From Azolla caroliniana (lineage: Eukaryota > Plantae > Polypodiophyta), in NCBI GenBank assembly GCA_043228905.1, contig JBHGNT010000010.1, forward strand, positions 15,004,001 through 15,068,000: a stretch of 64,000 nucleotides of DNA, read 5' to 3'. A program made the position numbers and the translations under genes. Of this stretch, positions 25,441 to 38,877 are shown piece by piece. Below the pieces are notes generated by a model. It was not told the origin of the DNA. It made no database searches and worked only from the letters and a program-made list of their open reading frames with translations. Numbering within the stretch: position 1 is the first letter of the stretch; each line of letters opens with the position of its first letter.

Positions 25441-25789
25441 GTCCGACTAAGTCGAACACTTAGGAGGTTTTTCGAACAATTGAGTTTGATAGTTCGAAGT
25501 TTGGCTTTAACTTCCTCAATCTCGGCCAATTCGGCCTTTAGTTTTTAGAATTTCACCAACTCGAACGAAATTTCGATTTGCTCGAAAACCTTGTATCAAT
25601 TTGTATTGTACATTCATTTCGATTTATAGATTTTCGAACCCGACATGAAAGAGCGGTAGGGGAGGACAAAGACGGAGGAAGAAGATTTAATGGAGATGAT
25701 GTCGAAGACGATGGTGGATTCACGCGGGCAAGGCGCAATGAAGGAAAAGAAAAGAAAAGTTGACAACCTTTTGCCCCACCACATCACTT

Positions 25790-26762
25790 TTTTTGGCACA
25801 TGCCGAAGGATGTGCGGTTTGGTGGGGGTGGATGTCGTGGTGTGGTGTCCAGTGTGAGAAAAAGCGAGGTTCCACTCATATCTCATGAAATAATCTAGAA
25901 ATATAAATAATAATTATTATAATAATAAATAACTTGTACTAGCTTAGTGGTTAAGGCTCATATGTATATATAGAGAGGTATAGAGTTCGAGTCTCTCTTG
26001 TTATAAATCAAGTAATATTTTGCTCCCCTTCCATTTTTGTGATAAAAAAATAAAAAAATAAAATCATGTAATGTAAAAATAGGCGCCTCTTTCCTCTATA
26101 AGAGGGGAGGAATAGGGCTTATTCAAGGTTGCCCATTTTGGCTTAGGGGTGTACCACTAGGGTTTCATCTTCTTCTCCTCTTCTTCTTGGGTTAGGGTTT
26201 ATAGCCTCCCTTTCTCCTTCTTCTTTTCCTTCTAGGTTTAGGGTTTGAGAGCTTCTTTCTACTTTTCTTCTTTTCTCCTAAACATACTAGAGGAGTTAGG
26301 ATTTTAGGGTTTGAGAGTTTAGCCTCTATTATACTTCTTACTCTATAGATTTTAGGGCTTCGATTCCTTATACATAAACTTCTTCCGTATCTCGGTGGTA
26401 GTCAACTCGGTGGCCGGTGGCGTAAGGGAGGTTGTAGTGGCACAAGAGCTATACTCCGAATCGAGGCAACATTGCTATCGGAAGCAACGTGACTCGGAGC
26501 CCACTAGACTCGCCTTCGCCGGTTTATTTTGGCCCATTTGGTTGATTTATAACCGATTGTTGTAATAACCACCGAAATCGTGGTGTCAAGCCTAATAATT
26601 GTAATAAATAAAAAATTAAAAACCCTAATCTATATAAAAAATTTATGTATATTTCATCCATGTCTTTGTCATAATCTCCCACTTTCTCACCCTTTGTGTC
26701 TCCCCGGTCCAAGGCCCCGGCGGTTCCGTTCAAGCAACACACACATGCGAAACTTTGCAACA
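25790..26762 (+). mobile_element. Trp-gypsy 3' end: pre-PPT hairpin, PPT and 3' LTR (25833-26762)
   Basis: GGTTTGGTGGGGGTGGA then TGTCGTGG...GCAACA; right flank ACGC resumes a copia leader. Confidence 0.8.
25933..26003 (+). other. tRNA-like Pol III A/B-box module inside an LTR
   Basis: A box TAGCTTAGTGG at 25940; B box GAGTTCGAGTCT with AGAG/CTCT stem; tRNA-like spacing; no acceptor stem. Confidence 0.65.
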
Positions 26763-27640
26763 ACGCGAGGGTTGAGACTCCTCTGCAGCTGAAAGGAAAG
26801 CTTGCTATAAAGACAGAGTTAAGTTATTGTTTTCGGAAAGGATAAGACGGCAATATGGACAAAGGAATGGGAAGCTCGCTACCAACTGAGAAGCTCGACA
26901 GGAGCAACTAAGCATCTTGGTCGTACAAGATGCACCAATATCTGCTTCGTCATGGTTACTGAAGTTATGTCGAAGGAGCTAATGATGTAGCACCCAAATC
27001 GACACATAGAGACTTTTCGGCTTGGGAACAAACGGCAAGCAGAGTTCTTTACTGCTTCGCGTCCTGTGTGACAGACCAGCTCTTGAGCTACATTCGGGAT
27101 GCTAAGACACCAAAGGACGCGTGGGCGAATCTCAAGAGGATTTTCGCCGCTAGCACAACGGGCAGGAAGCTACAACTCAGGCAAGAGCTCAGCAATGTCC
27201 GACAGAAAGATCTGTCTGTGGCCGATTACACATCCAAAATCAAGGAGATCTGCGACTCTCTCGCCTCCGTCAACGTGAATGTCGAGGACAAAATGATGCA
27301 GGTTTGTCTTGGTAGGTTAGCGTCAAAGTTCGGAGCGTTCCGGATGACAGTCTGCACAAGGGAGATTACTCCTTCGTTCTTCGAGCTTTAGTCGATGTTG
27401 CTCGTGGAGGAAAATCACGCAGGTGCGTCAACGAGTACGCACGCCGGGGCAGGATGTTGTACACGGAGGAAGATAGGCCCCATAGTCGTGGCGAACGAGG
27501 CGGATCGGCGACCGAAAAGAGCAGAACGTACAGTATAATCGAAATGTCGGACACAATTCCGAACCCTCCGGAAGCATGGGGAGTCATAGCGACGCTGGAA
27601 GCCGGCAAGAGAAGGCCCCTAACACAATGTTGGTACTGTG
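26763..27640 (+). pseudogene. Copia leader and gag fragment (family of C and G)
   Basis: MDKGMGSSLPTEKLDRSN...RKLQLRQELSN...CWYCG, with stops. Confidence 0.88.
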
Positions 27641-27644
27641 GTGC

Positions 27645-28340
27645 ACGTTCTCGACAGAATTTGACGAATTCTTCAGACTTGAATTCTCCTCCATTGTCGG
27701 TTCAGAGACATTTCAGTTTCCGACCGGTCTGATTTTTGACCATTGCAGGCCATTCGAAGAAGATCGAGAACACCCGATCTTTGGTTCTGATGGGGTAAGC
27801 CCACACCTTCCGAGTCGAGTCGTCAATAAAACTGACGAAGTACGAAGCACCGTCGAGAGACTGATGTGGCATCGGGCCACAGACGTCCGAGTGGACCAAA
27901 TCGAGGGGACTCAATTCTCTTGGTGCTGATGTCGGGTGTGATGTGGCTACCTGTTTGCCGTATTGGCAACGCTTGCAGAATTGGTGATCCGAGAAGGAGA
28001 GTTTGGGGATGTAACCGGCTCTGGATAGGTGCGTTATGTCAGCCTTGCTGAGGTGTCCAAGTCGTCCATGCCATAACGATGACACGGAGATATCAACCAA
28101 AAATAAGTCACCCTCTTTGAGTGTGACATATAAAGGATACAATGAATGTACCTTTGGTCCTCGAGCAAGCAGGAGGTTCCCTTTGTGGAGTGTCCACCCT
28201 CCTGATGAGAATCCGGCACGGATGCCGGCTTCGTCAAGTTGTCCGACTGAGATCAAGGATCTTGAATGCTCAGGAACGTGTCAGACATTGTGTAGTACAA
28301 GTGTAGAGCCTCCCAGAAGATTGAGCTCTACGGTGCCGAT
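27645..28340 (-). pseudogene. Copia PR/GAG-pre-integrase/integrase fragment
   Basis: LWHGRLGH, FCKRCQYGKQ, LVHSDVCGP, FIDDSTRKVW. Confidence 0.88.
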
Positions 28341-29537
28341 ATGTTTGATCATTTGAAAACTAAGTCATTTGGCTCATGGGAAACTAATCATTGGGATGTA
28401 GTGTTTGGAAAGCTTGACGGGCACATCAAAGGTTGTCCGTTTAGCTCAAAGCTTCTAAAGCACTGGAAGGACGTATTGCACCACATAAAATGGAGAGGTA
28501 GGAATTCAGAATCAGGGAACTCTTTACGCCTCGAAAGCTTACACTAGAGTGCTATATTCCCACAATCATTAGCTGAACAAGAGCCTAGGAAAGCTTATTT
28601 TTTATCAAAGAAGGGGCTGAAATCAATTGCAGATGTGGTAAATGACCAAGGTCACTTATTTCACTTCAATGACATGACATGTCGTTATAATCTTGGGCCA
28701 CATCATCGCGTTATATGGAATCAAGTTACTGAGTTGGTGCTTTCCTTAGTACCTATGTCACCTCTCAATGGAGATCACAGGATTCAGGATTGGATGTTAC
28801 AAAAAGGGAACATTGTTATTCCAATGCATAACATTACAACACATTCAGTGTATATGTTGTTGCAACCTGTCCCATGGTTTCACGAACATGCAAATGCATT
28901 ATGGAACCTACACAAAACACAATCCTAGTGGAATAACAGGCTTGCAATCTTATGGAGCTCTAGTCTTCCACTTAAGCAACGGGTATTCCTATGGAGATGC
29001 TTATTGGGTGTGCTCCTGACTGGATCGAATCTTCAAAAGCGATCGATAGCCTCGCCGCATTGTGCAATATGTGGTGGACGATTGGAAACAGTCCCACACT
29101 TATTATGGACTTGTGCATTCACTACAACATTTGTACAAAGACTAAGTGCATCTCTTTATCACAGATTTCCTGGCCAAAGGTTTGGTAAACACTTTTGGAT
29201 ATTTGGACAAATTCCATGCGCCCTATCCGACAATGCCTATTTTCTCCAATGGACACGATTTTGGGCACTTTGGACCATTTGGACAGCCCGCAATAATAAG
29301 GTCTTTGATCGAAACCAACTACGTGAAGTTAGCTTCTTTAAGCAATCCCTCAGGCAATCTCTATTTGATTGTCTGCAACTTAGAGACATCACTCTCCAAA
29401 TTTACAACCTTTGCTTTGAATGCTTTTAAGCTCTTTAGTGTCTAATCGACACTTGTATATTTTTCTTTATTCTTTGTGGGTTTTCACCTCACTTTGAGGT
29501 TTCCCACTAGTAATAAAAGTGTTACTAAAAAAAAAAA
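28341..29537 (+). mobile_element. 5'-truncated L1-type LINE 3' end (zf-RVT) with poly(A) tail
   Basis: FLWRCLLGVL...CAICGGRLETVPHLLWTC...WTIWTARNNKVF; AATAAA at 29512; A11 at 29527-29537; no TSD found. Confidence 0.85.
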
Positions 29538-29679
29538 TCATGTACCATTAATGTACCATAGTAACAACCATGACCGTTAGGTGTGGAATAAAAAAAGAAG
29601 AAGAAAAGGGAATCAGAACTATTTAAAGATCTTGCATGCATACGCATATCCTAAGAAAGCAAGTACACGCGTGCACACC

Positions 29680-30360
29680 ATGGCTCGACGAATCTTGACA
29701 CCTAACATCCCAACCTCACAAAAAGGGGATTCGAGCCATTTTTTTGCACAGAATAGAGAATCTCATCGCTCTCTAAACTCTCATTGCTCTCCTCGCTCCT
29801 ACAGACTCTCAAACTGTCCTCGCTCCTTTCCCTCAACTCACTCCCCTCGCGCGGTCCAGCACACAGACAACCTCGTTGTACCACTTGACGCCGACATCGC
29901 CATGCCGATCGACATTTCCCCTACTCTTCGACGGTGGCTTCATGACCACGGCCTAGTAGGCTACATCCGAGTGGAGGCACCACCCCACCCCAACTCCCAC
30001 GACATGGAGACCAAGATCGACATCGATACGATCACCAATGCCACAGTCAGGAAGAAGTTGGGCCTGACATCGACGGGAGAACACCACTTCAAGATCCATC
30101 CCTCAAAGGTCCTTGAATGATACTTTGGCGAATATTCCCTCTCACCCAAAGCATATAGGACACAGGACACCCCTGACCAGTTCTTTCGAGAAATAACGAA
30201 GTTTATGTTAGAGGTGGGGTGCGTACACCCGAATGCGTATGGGATGCCGACGCAGAAGGCCGGCATCCAACTTTCGAAGGGCACGTCGTTGACTGGGGGG
30301 TGATCACAAGGTCGTCCCTGCGCGAAGGACTCCACGCCTTCCAGGTAGGTAAAAAGCTTC
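29680..30360 (+). pseudogene. N-terminal part of a decayed retroelement accessory ORF, split by copia G
   Basis: Reading ...FQVGKKL joins RPIIQQYF at 44087 across the TSD GCTTC. Confidence 0.55.
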
Positions 30361-31192
30361 TATAGAAAGTAACGTGCGGAAGCAAGTATGAAGACCGAAC
30401 AGAATGAAGGAAACTTAGGTTTAATGGAGAGCTTGAGCTTACACAATATATGCGGGAGAGACAAAGAGAGTGAACTCAAAAAACTATATTCAACAATAAT
30501 ACTCAATCTGTACATAAGACGTGCTCGGTGAGCACTTTTATACAAGTCCTAAAAAGGACTGACCGAAGTACTGACAGTACTTCAATGCTCATCAAGAGCC
30601 CCTACACTAACTCCCAAATATATTCCTCACGGAATATCTTTCCTAACGACCTCCCGGTTTATGCACTCGGCCTAACCGATCGGTCCCAACCGATCCGGTC
30701 CTCGGCTTCTTCAGCCGATCCGGCCGATGTTGAGCTTGTCTCACAACACTCCCCCTCAAGCTCAACTTGAGGCTCTTCGGGATCTTCACAGCACCGGTTC
30801 CTCCTGGCTTCATGCCTCGCTCGTGCTCCTCGACCTGTTCGACTCCGCACGCTTCGACCCTTCCGGTCGGCTTGTCTGCTCATGCGGCCCTTATCAGCTC
30901 TTCTGCTACCTTTTCTTCCGCTTGGGCCTCGGTTGATTCAGCGTGTCTGAATCAAACATCCGAACCGACTCGGCTACCTCCGATCGGTCTTTGCTCTCGT
31001 CCGAGTTGGCTGTCTCCAACTCGTCTTCGGTCTTCTCGCCCTCGATGGCGTCATCCTCCTCATGCGTGGTTGGCTTCGGCTGCTCCCCTTCTGTCTACTT
31101 CCGAACCTTTCCGCGGGTCCACCCTCGACTTCTTCAGCCGATCCGATGTCGAACTCGACCATCGACTCGGTGTCGCGGTGTCCGCTCCTTTC

Positions 31193-31781
31193 CTACTGCT
31201 TTGCTTGGTCATTCAGGACTGTTCTCCCCCTCAAGCTTGGCACATCGAGGTGACGCAACCCGAGCGCACCTGAGAATTGCCGCAACTTGTCCAGACCAAG
31301 AGGCTTGGTGAAGATGTCGGCAACCTGCCGATCCGTCGGAACGTACTGAAGTTCGACTACACCGGAAAGGACACGCTCACGGACGAAATGGTAATGCACC
31401 TCAATGTGCTTGGTCCGTGCGTGGAAGACGGGGTTCTTCGCGAGCTGGATGCTGCTGAGGTTGTCGCAGTAGATCGTCGTCGGATCTGACACCTCCTCTT
31501 GCAGGTCCTTAAGAAGCCGTTTCAACCATATGGCTTCGCATGTTGCGAGAGCCGCTCCTCGGTACTCAGCTTCGGTGCTCGATAGAGCAACTGTCGGCTG
31601 CTTCTTACTGCTCCACGCGATCGCAGCACTCCCGAGGGAGAACGCGTATCCGGACGTGGATCGGCAATCGGCGGCGTTGCCAGCCCAATCAGCATCAGTG
31701 TAGCCGACTAACTGCGCAGCTGCACCGGTCCGATATAGCAGTCCCCAGTCCTTAGTGCCGTTGACATACCGAAGTATGCGT
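31193..31781 (-). pseudogene. Copia G RT C-terminus and RNase H
   Basis: QRILRYVNGT, VGYTDADWAG, STEAEY, YCDNLSSI, ADIFTKPL. Confidence 0.92.
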
Positions 31782-32175
31782 TGTCGTGAAGATCCGTCAC
31801 TACGCGCGGATCGTGAGGCGGAACCGCCGGGGTTCTGGACCAGAAGGATTTAGAGTTGATACAAGCTTTGGCGAGAAAGTACTTAAGATAGATTGGGAAA
31901 GAGAGAAGTTGAGATTACACGATTGATTTGATAACGAATTTCTTCCTCTTAATTTTCATAAAAAAAACCGTGTTTTTTCTCCTCCCCCTTCCCTCTTTTA
32001 TAGATGCTCTCATGCATATGATGCATGTGAGGGTACAAGACATGCATAAATTGCATGTTTGCCATTTGGCGCTTAAGTATTACATGTGGTGCATGATAAC
32101 CATGTCACTCATTTTAGCTCTCATGTATGAGAATTTACATGTAAAAGTACAATGATAGAAATATAATTTTAACTA

Positions 32176-32246
32176 AATAGCATGGCTTAATGGTAAGCCA
32201 TTTGACTCCTAACTTGGAGGTGCAAGGTTCGAATCCTTACTTGCCC
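32176..32246 (+). other. tRNA-like Pol III A/B-box module in LTR U3, antisense to element F
   Basis: TGGCTTAATGGTAAGCCA (A box and D stem); CT-CCT-AA loop; GGAGGT; AAGG-TTCGAAT-CCTT T arm. Confidence 0.75.
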
Positions 32247-32845
32247 TCCTTGTATATGTAAATGTGTATATATATTTATATATTTATTTATCTAGTCGTC
32301 GGACGCCGTCGCCGGATACCGGTGCCTCGCCGGATGCCGTTGCTGCCGTCGGATCACCGTCGGATGCCGCCGGATCATCGGCTCCATCGCCGGTCCGGTT
32401 TTGGTTGGCCAAAACCCTTTACAAGTAGCTAGCCCACCTCCACTCTTAGTTCAAGTTACCTTGAACTCTCTATGCTCCACACATAGACACAAAGATAATA
32501 TCTTTTGCTCCACCTTATATATGATGAGAGTTGTATTTGTCGTGCCTATGTGGGATATCTCACAATTTTCTCCTTTCCTTTTACAAACTTTATACCCTCA
32601 TATCTTGACATTTAGTTGTCCGTTTCTCGTGTAATAAAGTGCATTCGAAACCTCCATCATTTTGTACTTAGATATTAAAAATGTTATCTTCACAATTAAT
32701 GTACTACATGATTCATACTCGATTTCATACGTTTTATGGGATTTTCACACTATTGCCGAAAATCTTCACGACATCCACCCCCACCAAACCGCACGTCCTC
32801 CGGTACGTGCCAAGAAGAGAAGAAGTGAGATTTCGGCTACGATGA

Positions 32846-35800
32846 TCAATTAGATTCCTCCATGTCTTCATTTTCATCCGGCCTATTATGTTCATCGTCG
32901 AGGTAATCAAGGTCAGGATCCTTGTCTTGTCTTTTCTTGAAAATCTTTACTCTTTTTCCCGCAATGGGTACGGCCAACCTTGATCCGTCTAGTTCTGCAA
33001 GGTGATATGTGGCATTATCGTTGGCACTTGTCACCACATACGGCCCGAACCATCTTCTTGCGAACTTCCTTGTTGTACTGTGTTGATTGTCAAGGGTGTT
33101 GTCGTAAACCAAAACCCAATCCCCTTCTTCAATCTTCTTGGGACGAAGTCGATGCGTGTTGTCGAACCGAACTTTGTTCTTTACTCGGGCTGCCTTCATC
33201 ATCTTTCGCGCTTTTTCTAAATCTTCAGGTCTTCTTTCAAGTTGCCTTATCCGCGCCGCTAATAACTCTTCTCGGCTCATCTCGTTCTCCCACGGTATCG
33301 CTACCCATGAGGCGATCGTCCTTTCGATGGGCATAATCGGCTTTTGTCCATACATAAGCTCCGTCGGCATATACCTTGTCACCGAGCTATGTGTCGTTCT
33401 ATCGGCCCACAAGGCATAGGGTAATAGTCGTGGCCAATTCCCGACTCGACCGTTGCATGCCCGTACGATGGCTTTAACGATAGGTCCATGCCCTCGCTCG
33501 ATCTTCCCATTTGCTTCCGGATTGTAGGCAGTCGTGAGGGAGAGCTTCACGCCTAGTCTTTCAAAGAGCTCCGTCTCTTCGTGCGCGTCCAACTCCCCTC
33601 GGTCGGCCACTATCTTCCCTACACATCCATATCGGCAAACAACATCTTCAAGTAAAAATTTACAAACGGCTGAAGTCGTCTTATTTGTCAAGGCTCGTCC
33701 TTCCACTTGATTTGTCAAGTCTTCCCTTGCCAGCGCTAAGTACTTCATTTGTCCCACTCCCATTGGCATTGAGACCAGATCCACCATCCATTTGAAGTGA
33801 GTGGTGAGTGGGTATGTCGGCTTTAACTCATCACGATGACGTATATTTGAATATATTTGGCAAGTTTCACATGTGGACACGAAATGGAGTACATCTTTGT
33901 ACATGCTTGGCCACCAGTACTTCTCCTTCAATTTTTCGAACGTCGCCCATGTTCCTCTATGACCTGCCCAAGCACTCTCGTGGAATTCGGTCATCAGCGT
34001 CTCTTGCTCTTCTTTCTTTACCACCACTCGACGTGGTATTCCTGTCCTTCTTTTTGGATGTCGCCAAAGGAATCCTCCCTTCAAGAAGTATCGGTAGCTT
34101 TCTTTCGGATTCGTAGGGCCTCCTCCTTTGTCAACGAAGCATCTGTCGTCAATGTTCTTAGGAATCTACCGATGAGTAACCATTCTCCTTCGTACTCATT
34201 CTCGTTGAAGGCGTGGAGGGTTTGTGTGTCCTGGTCTTCCACCGACAATTGAGCCATCTTGAAGAAGTCGAGGGCGACATCTTCATCTTCCGAAACCATG
34301 TTACTTCCATTTGAAAATCTTGCCCTCGACAGCATGTCAGCCATGGCGTTCTTCTTCCCTGCGATGTGACGGATCTCTGGGTTTAAAGACTTGATGTAGG
34401 CGATCCACCTTAGCATAGCAAGATCTGGGGTCGCACATCCCGAGACCATTCCGAGAATTGGGAGACAATCTGTCTCTATTATCACTTCTAACCCGATCAG
34501 GTAATCTTTGTCCGTCTTCACTGCCGACACAATACCCCAAAGTTCCCGCTTGACTTGGGCATATCTTTGTTGCCGTTCGCTGAGAACCTTTGCTCCGAAC
34601 CGGACGGCATATCGCGCATTATCTTCACCTTCTTGATTGATGACCCACCCGATTCTGGTTGGGCTCGTATCTACGGTCACGTAAATTGGTTTCCCTTCGG
34701 CATAGTCGGCCTTCCTTAGTGCCGGAGCTTCAAGAAGCAGTTTCTTTAATCTTCGCATCGCCTCTGTGTGCTCGTCTCGCCATTCGAACTTTATTCTTTT
34801 CTTTAGTAGTCCATATAACGGTTCGGCGACATGAGCGTAGTGAGGAATCCATATATGATAAAACGCGCACGCTCCAAGGAACCTTCGAACCTCCGTTTGG
34901 TTTTCGCATTCTTCTTTCATGTCTTGGATTGCGTTCACTTTGGATGGCGAGGGCTTCCGGCCGTATGCTCCACACAAGTGACCTACCACCAAGATCTCCG
35001 GTTGCCCGAATGTGGATTTTTCTCCCGAAAATGTCAAATTCGCATCTTCGAGCCTTTGAAGCACCTTCTCGCAATCTTTCATATAATCCGCAACGAACTT
35101 TCTACAACCTTCCTTATCTTTCGATTCATCTTTCTCCTTATCCGAACATCCTTTTATCGGAATATCATCCAAGAATGGCATCGTGATGTCCGGAATGCAA
35201 TCCTTCAAGACTTTATTCATGGCATTCACCATATGAGCCACCGAGTTCATTGCACCTTGGGGTAAGGTACACATCCGCACAAGCCCGATCGGAGTCCTCA
35301 TGGTTGTAATGTCCCGACTGTCGATCGCCAATTGGAATTGGTCATATCCGGAGTAGAGATCGCCAATGGAGTAGATGGACCGGCCCGCAAACGCTTCGGC
35401 AAATTCGTCCACGCTCGGACCGATTCCGGCATTTCGAATTGTCACCTTGTTGACGGGTTGAAGATCTTGGATGAATCGCAATGATCCATTCTTCTTCGGC
35501 ACCGTGAACCACCTATTGGAATAAGGAGCATTCGACGGTTCTAGAATTCCCATACTCACCTTCTCCTTTAAGAGCTCGATCAGCTTTGGAAGGTGTGCTC
35601 TCGGAACCGGTATCGGTTTCAAATTCCAAGGCACATGAGGCACCGTGAAGATCACCATCGGCTCTATAACCTTTGGGTCGGCGCATCCGATTTCTCGTGG
35701 GAAGAATGCGAAAGCCTTCCCATGTCTCTCAAGCATATCGCGAAACCTTCGCTCCTCTTCAGGGAGAAGGAAATCCTCCTTTCCAACTCGTAGCTTCCCC

Positions 35801-36339
35801 TTCGTCTCTTTGGTGAAGTCATGACCTATCTTCTTCGGATCTCTTAAGCTTGGATCGTTAGCGACTTCCTTCATCTTTTGCCAGCTATCTTCCGGTAGCG
35901 GAACCGCAACTGGCTTGATCTTCTTATCCATCGTTTTATATTTCGTGTTGATGTCAGCTTCCTTCATCGAGATGCCACGACGGTATTCATCGATGATAGC
36001 GTACATGATGACGGAGTTAACCGAAATCACGCATTGGTTGTGAAGATAGCTCAAGTCCACGACGTCCTCGATTTCGCTGATGGTGTCATTAAATGAGGCT
36101 TCTTCCATAATATGAGTCACGAACTCTCCTTCTTCTATAATGTTCTCTTCTTTCAGCATCTTCTCGAATTCTTGCATCCGGCGCTTGTGCTTCCTGTCGG
36201 GTAGTACTAGTTTACATGCGCCACTAGGTGTGACACATGTTGCTTCTCCTTGCAATCCACGCACTCTTCTTTCTTGTGGGGTCTTGTGATTGCTCGGACT
36301 ATTTGTGCCCCATGCTTCAATAGTCCGCTCTAAAAATCC
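32846..36339 (-). pseudogene. Gypsy F RT-RH-INT with one frameshift near 34085
   Basis: ORFs 36264-34081 (PFLDD, TDCLP) and 34084-32846 (HRG/CETC, ERGH, WFGPY). Confidence 0.93.
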
Positions 36340-38534
36340 GAGGATTCGCCTCCGAGACTATCTCTATTCCTTTCATGATTGGCTCGCACTGTTAGGAATT
36401 GGACCGATCTTTGGTTGTCAAGACTCTTTATTCGTGCGAAGGCTGCTCCATTATCGAACACTTTGGTCTCCATCCGAGATGATGTGATATAAGGTTGCCC
36501 TAGGATGACAGGATGTGACGCCGATTCTTGTACGAAGAAGTGTTGATCCATCTCCACATCCCCGATCGTGACTTTGACATTGGGACAAGCTCCGTACAAA
36601 TCCTCCGTAGACTTTGTTGCCGCGCGAATCTTCCATCCGTGGTTTGTATTGATTGGCCATCTTCCCTTTTTGTAGAAGTCGGTTGACATGAGGTTGATCT
36701 CCGAGCCGTGGTCGATCAAGGCTATGACGGTCTCTTTCTTCTCCCCGATCTTCACCGGCGTCTCCGTTGTCGCTCGTGCCCAATGAGGTCGAGTGTAGTG
36801 GCTGTCCACCATATCTTCATCGATTTCGTCTCTTGCCATCGTTATGGCATTCGTTTTTGCTTTTTGAGGCTTCTCTTCTTCCTCGTCCGATTGTTGTCTC
36901 TTTCTCTTTACAAGGTCCACGATCGTGTCATGGAACTCCTTCTTCGTAATGCCAAGCAATTCCCTCAAGGACAAAGTTACGTGGCTATCAAGAACTCGTT
37001 CTTCGAGAATCTTCTTTAGGTCCGTTGTCTGCTCTATGTCTGACCTTAGCTTATAGGTAGGTATAGTCCTTGTCCTCCGAGTGGGGTCTTCGACACCAAC
37101 CTTCACGGGCCGAACCGTTTCTTCAACTCATATGCTTGGCTCCCCTTTTCGGCTTGATTCTCGTTCCTCCGTTTGTAAAGGTCGACTCGTCTCCGTATCG
37201 TCCTTCTTTTTCGCGTTCCTTGTTTCATGTCTTTTTGATGGGCCTTGCTCTTCTATTTTCTTTCTCTTTTCTTCGACGAACACCTCGTGGTTGTCGCACA
37301 TCACCTCTGCGAGTATGGTGTTGTCGTCCACCGGATCCGACCACCCGGTTATGCTTTGCACGTTTCCGTCCGCAAGCTCTACCTCGTTCGATGTGACTTT
37401 TCCCTTCTTCTCATATTCGAGAACGGAAGTCCAAAACTTTGCTCCCGCTCTAGCAGCTTCAGTCTTGTCTTTCCCGACTCTTATTCCGGCCGACGCAGCA
37501 TAGTGCATCGCATCCACATGAGTCGCATCGGCATCCTCCATAGATTTCTTCATTCCTCCTCTTCCGAAATTCACCCATAGGGGTCTTCTAGTCTCGCTTG
37601 AGCAGATCATGTTGTCCTCTATGTATACGATATTTTGTCGAATCGCCTCTCGAAGGCTCGCACAATCCCTTCTCATGTGGTCCATGCTATCGCACCACAC
37701 GCATCTAAAGGGTTCTTTTCCTTTAGGGCCCCGATGATTCATGTTGGCTAGAGTGACCTTCTCGAACTTCTTCGCTAGCTCTTCAATGATGTCGTCATCA
37801 ATCTTCTTTTCTTCCACGTTACTTTGTCTCAGCGGCTCAGCTACTTTCGGCGGTCTTGCTTTCTCCGTGGTAGTCGGTCCCGTCAAGTCGGTGTCATCAA
37901 CCCATTGGCGACGCTTGTCGAGCCTATTGCATGCCCGCTTCACCGCGATCCAGTCCGCTACGAGCCCATTTTCTTGGGTATCATCTTCGAGAAGAGTCCC
38001 CAACTCCCGTCTATCCTTTATGTCCACGGCCTTCAAGAAGTACAAAGTCTTGTCCTCTTCAAGCAACACTTGGTCCGTATTGGGGAGACGACTAAACATC
38101 TAGTCGAATTCGTCGTACACCCTCGAGACGCTCATCTTCTTATTCTTCTTCTCTATCCACTTCATCAGGGCATGTCGAGTCATCCTCGTTGAGTCTTCAG
38201 TCACGAACTCCGCTAGTATCGTTTTCTCGAACTCAGACCATGTTGTCTTTCCTTCTTGAAGGTCGATGACGCGTCTTTGGATGTTGTTGGCGACAACTCT
38301 CTTGAAGCTTGCGATTTGACGTGCCTCGGACACGTCCCTTTCATTCATCTCCCTCTTATATGCATCAAGGAACTTCGTAACGTTCCTTCCATCAAAATGG
38401 CCCTCGAGCTCTACAACACGATCGACAGCCTTTTCCACGCTCGCGTCGTTGTCCCGAGATCTCATCATTTGCTCGACGATTAGCATCATCCTTTCGAGCT
38501 CTCCTGCTTGGTTGCTTGAGGACGCCATCTCCAA
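36330..38534 (-). pseudogene. Gypsy F Gag + protease with a stop and a frameshift
   Basis: CVWCDSMDHMRRDC knuckle; ALIDHGSEIN; ends GGATTTTTAG. Confidence 0.9.
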
Positions 38535-38877
38535 GTATTAATCTCGACTTGATCCTTCCTACCGCCTCTTTCACGTCGGGTTCACCACTTAATTATGTCG
38601 TGAAGATCCGTCACTACGCGCGGATCGTGAGGCGGAACCGCCGAGGTTCTGGACCAGAAGGATTTAGAGTCGATACAAGCTTTGACGAGAAAGTACTTAA
38701 GATAGATTGGGAAAGAGAGAAGTTGAGATTACACGATTGATTTGATAACGAATTTCTTCCTCTTAATTTTCATAAAAAAAACCGTGTTTTTTCTCCTCCC
38801 CCTTCCCTCTTTTATAGATGCTCTCATGCATATGATGCATGTGAGGGTACAAGACATGCATAAATTGCATGTTTGCC

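Larger units (their letters stand above)
31782..38877 (-). mobile_element. Ty3/gypsy element F (Trp lineage), nearly intact coding region, 5' LTR truncated
   Basis: 3' LTR 31782-32773; 5' LTR remnant 38596-38877 near-identical to it; PBS-Trp 38587-38570; PPT 32790-32774. Confidence 0.95.

Noticed and set aside
32176-32246. Functional tRNA-Arg(CCT) gene, and likewise the other five modules as tRNA genes
   Set aside because: Acceptor and anticodon stems do not pair, so they are reported only as tRNA-like promoter modules
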